Shown one piece after another: positions 62,437 through 64,000 of a stretch of DNA of 64,000 bases; within the stretch, counting starts at the first letter, position 1; each line of letters starts with the position of its first letter. The stretch is from Paraphysomonas bandaiensis. Its lineage: Eukaryota; Protista; Chrysophyceae. Position numbers and translations under genes: made by a program. The stretch is taken from positions 573,593-637,592 of the forward strand of contig CBFFRP010000146.1 in NCBI GenBank assembly GCA_965644295.1, given 5' to 3'. The notes under the pieces are model-generated. The model did not search any database and was not told the DNA's origin. It saw nothing but the letters and a program-made list of their open reading frames with translations.

Positions 62437-63132
62437 TTACTCTTTATCCTTGTGACCAACGCGTGCTTTCCACTCTTCCCTGGCTTGGAAGAGCGCAGCA
62501 GCGGTTTTCTCACCCTCGCCAATAGCAAGGTTTCGGAAAAGTGGAAACGACAAGACCGGTTCGCCAGTCTTGGGCCCACAGAGTCCGCAATAGTTATGAC
62601 ACCATGATGCGGTTGTGCTGCAGCAGCAGCAATAAGTATCACAAGGGGTGATGATGACGCTTTCTCCACAGCAGGATGGGAAATAGCAGCTGGTCAACTC
62701 GTTGTAACAGTCACAACAGTCAGTGCAACAGCAGACTTTTTTTATCTAAGACAAACGTTAAATATATACAATACTCGCTCATTTTAAACTTACCACTTGT
62801 CCGTGGGGCTTCGGAGCCCCTTTGTACAAGCCAAGGCTGTGAAAACAGCTGCGCTGATCATAAATGCCTCTGTCGAAGTACGTTTTGAATACAACATCTG
62901 TGCAGTCCAAGCATTTGCAGCATCCCACAGGATTGTTGGTTTCGTACCCATTTTCCAAAATGTAAAGGTACTTTCGGGACTTCGTTTCCTCCCCAGGGCA
63001 GGTAAAGCATGAAAAACAGCAAATCTCGCTCAACACTGCCTTGTGCTTAATAGCGATAGCATTGGGGTCAACTGTTTGGAGCGTCTTGTGCGTCCCGAAA
63101 ACACCGTTGTCGTTCGGAGAAATAGCGGCCAT
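62437..63132 (-). CDS. Cysteine-rich hypothetical protein, 1 intron
   Basis: Two Cys-rich ORFs (CCFSCFTC, YCCCCS, YCGLCG) separated by a GTAAGT-initiated AT-rich segment. Confidence 0.6.
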
Positions 63133-64000
63133 TGTTCAAAGTCAATATTAGTTTACCAGGGAGTGAATATAATGATACAACTATAGTACTGTTGCAGTTG
63201 AAATGTTTTTTGGGGGAGATAGATATGCTCAACAACATCTGCAGTCGTTGTAAAATTTCGTTTTTGTTTTGTAACTGCTGGTTTGAATTTTTCCCGAAGA
63301 ATCTGAAAAACAAGATATTTTTGCGTTTTTTTGCTAAAAACCAGTTTTATAGATGTTGAAATCGTCGTAAAAAATAGTAGAATATACACTCTGTGTACAG
63401 TACTCTGTTGGTGCGTGCTAAGAGAGGCTAATCCACCAATAAGAAGATCGAGATTCCTAGATCAAGACCATCTATTGGATACTACACAACAACACAATCA
63501 GTTGAACTTGTACCAAAGATACTAATCAAAGATCAATCTTTTAACTGACTATTTGAAAATCTTTGCTGTCATGATTGCAGAGTTTATTCAGATTTTGAAA
63601 TACTAAGGTAATGGATTTTCGGACTATCCGTATTGACGAAGAGGCGGACTATTTCTCTGCACACTTCAGTTGACCTACATCTACATTATCTACCTTTAAC
63701 AATTATTGAATTTCGAATCACTCCTACGGATGCTGTAGCCGGATGATTTATGACTTTTATCTAAGGCTTTTTAGACTACGGTGTTAAAATATATTTCTTC
63801 TAAGGCATGATATCTAAATGCTAGAAGTTAAATCAGACTAGGCGATCCATAACCTCACTATCATAACCCCCTTTTTAGCAATGCTCTCAGAAAACTTCTC
63901 TTATTCTGTGCAGGTAAATCTATACAGTACACAGATGTTACCTTGTATGATAGATACATAGATACTATGCTTTTTTTTTCTTTATCACCTGTAGAGAGTA

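Overview
Gene-dense eukaryotic nuclear DNA with many short GT-AG introns (about 45-100 nt). The housekeeping proteins and DRC1 suggest a flagellated protist, probably a stramenopile (inference). Ordinary genes are eIF5B, DRC1, RRP41, dNK, a CAP-Gly protein, Rab8, PI31-like, RPS6, a TFIIS-N protein, a kinesin, DUF4536, threonine dehydratase and a CS-domain protein. Five things stand out. (1) An 11.4-24.6 kb rearranging island holds an MG-initiated EF-hand gene, four mosaic STK32/YANK-like kinase paralogues, an intronless bacterial-type DUF2779 double nuclease (with two pseudogene fragments), and an intron-containing secreted M15 peptidase with a peptidoglycan-binding domain. (2) A 28.9-36.8 kb run of metabolic genes includes a bacterial-type FDH with a targeting leader, a CysH-glutaredoxin fusion and a GNAT-PhzF fusion. 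(3) An unclassified ~0.4-kb non-coding repeat family (3 copies plus 1 fragment) has covarying stems and GNRA loops. (4) A kinesin carries an IFT54-like CH domain nested inside a discoidin domain. (5) TE relics include an internally deleted hAT element with TIRs and an 8-bp TSD, and Copia fragments. All family assignments are by motif recognition only; no searches or folding programs were run.
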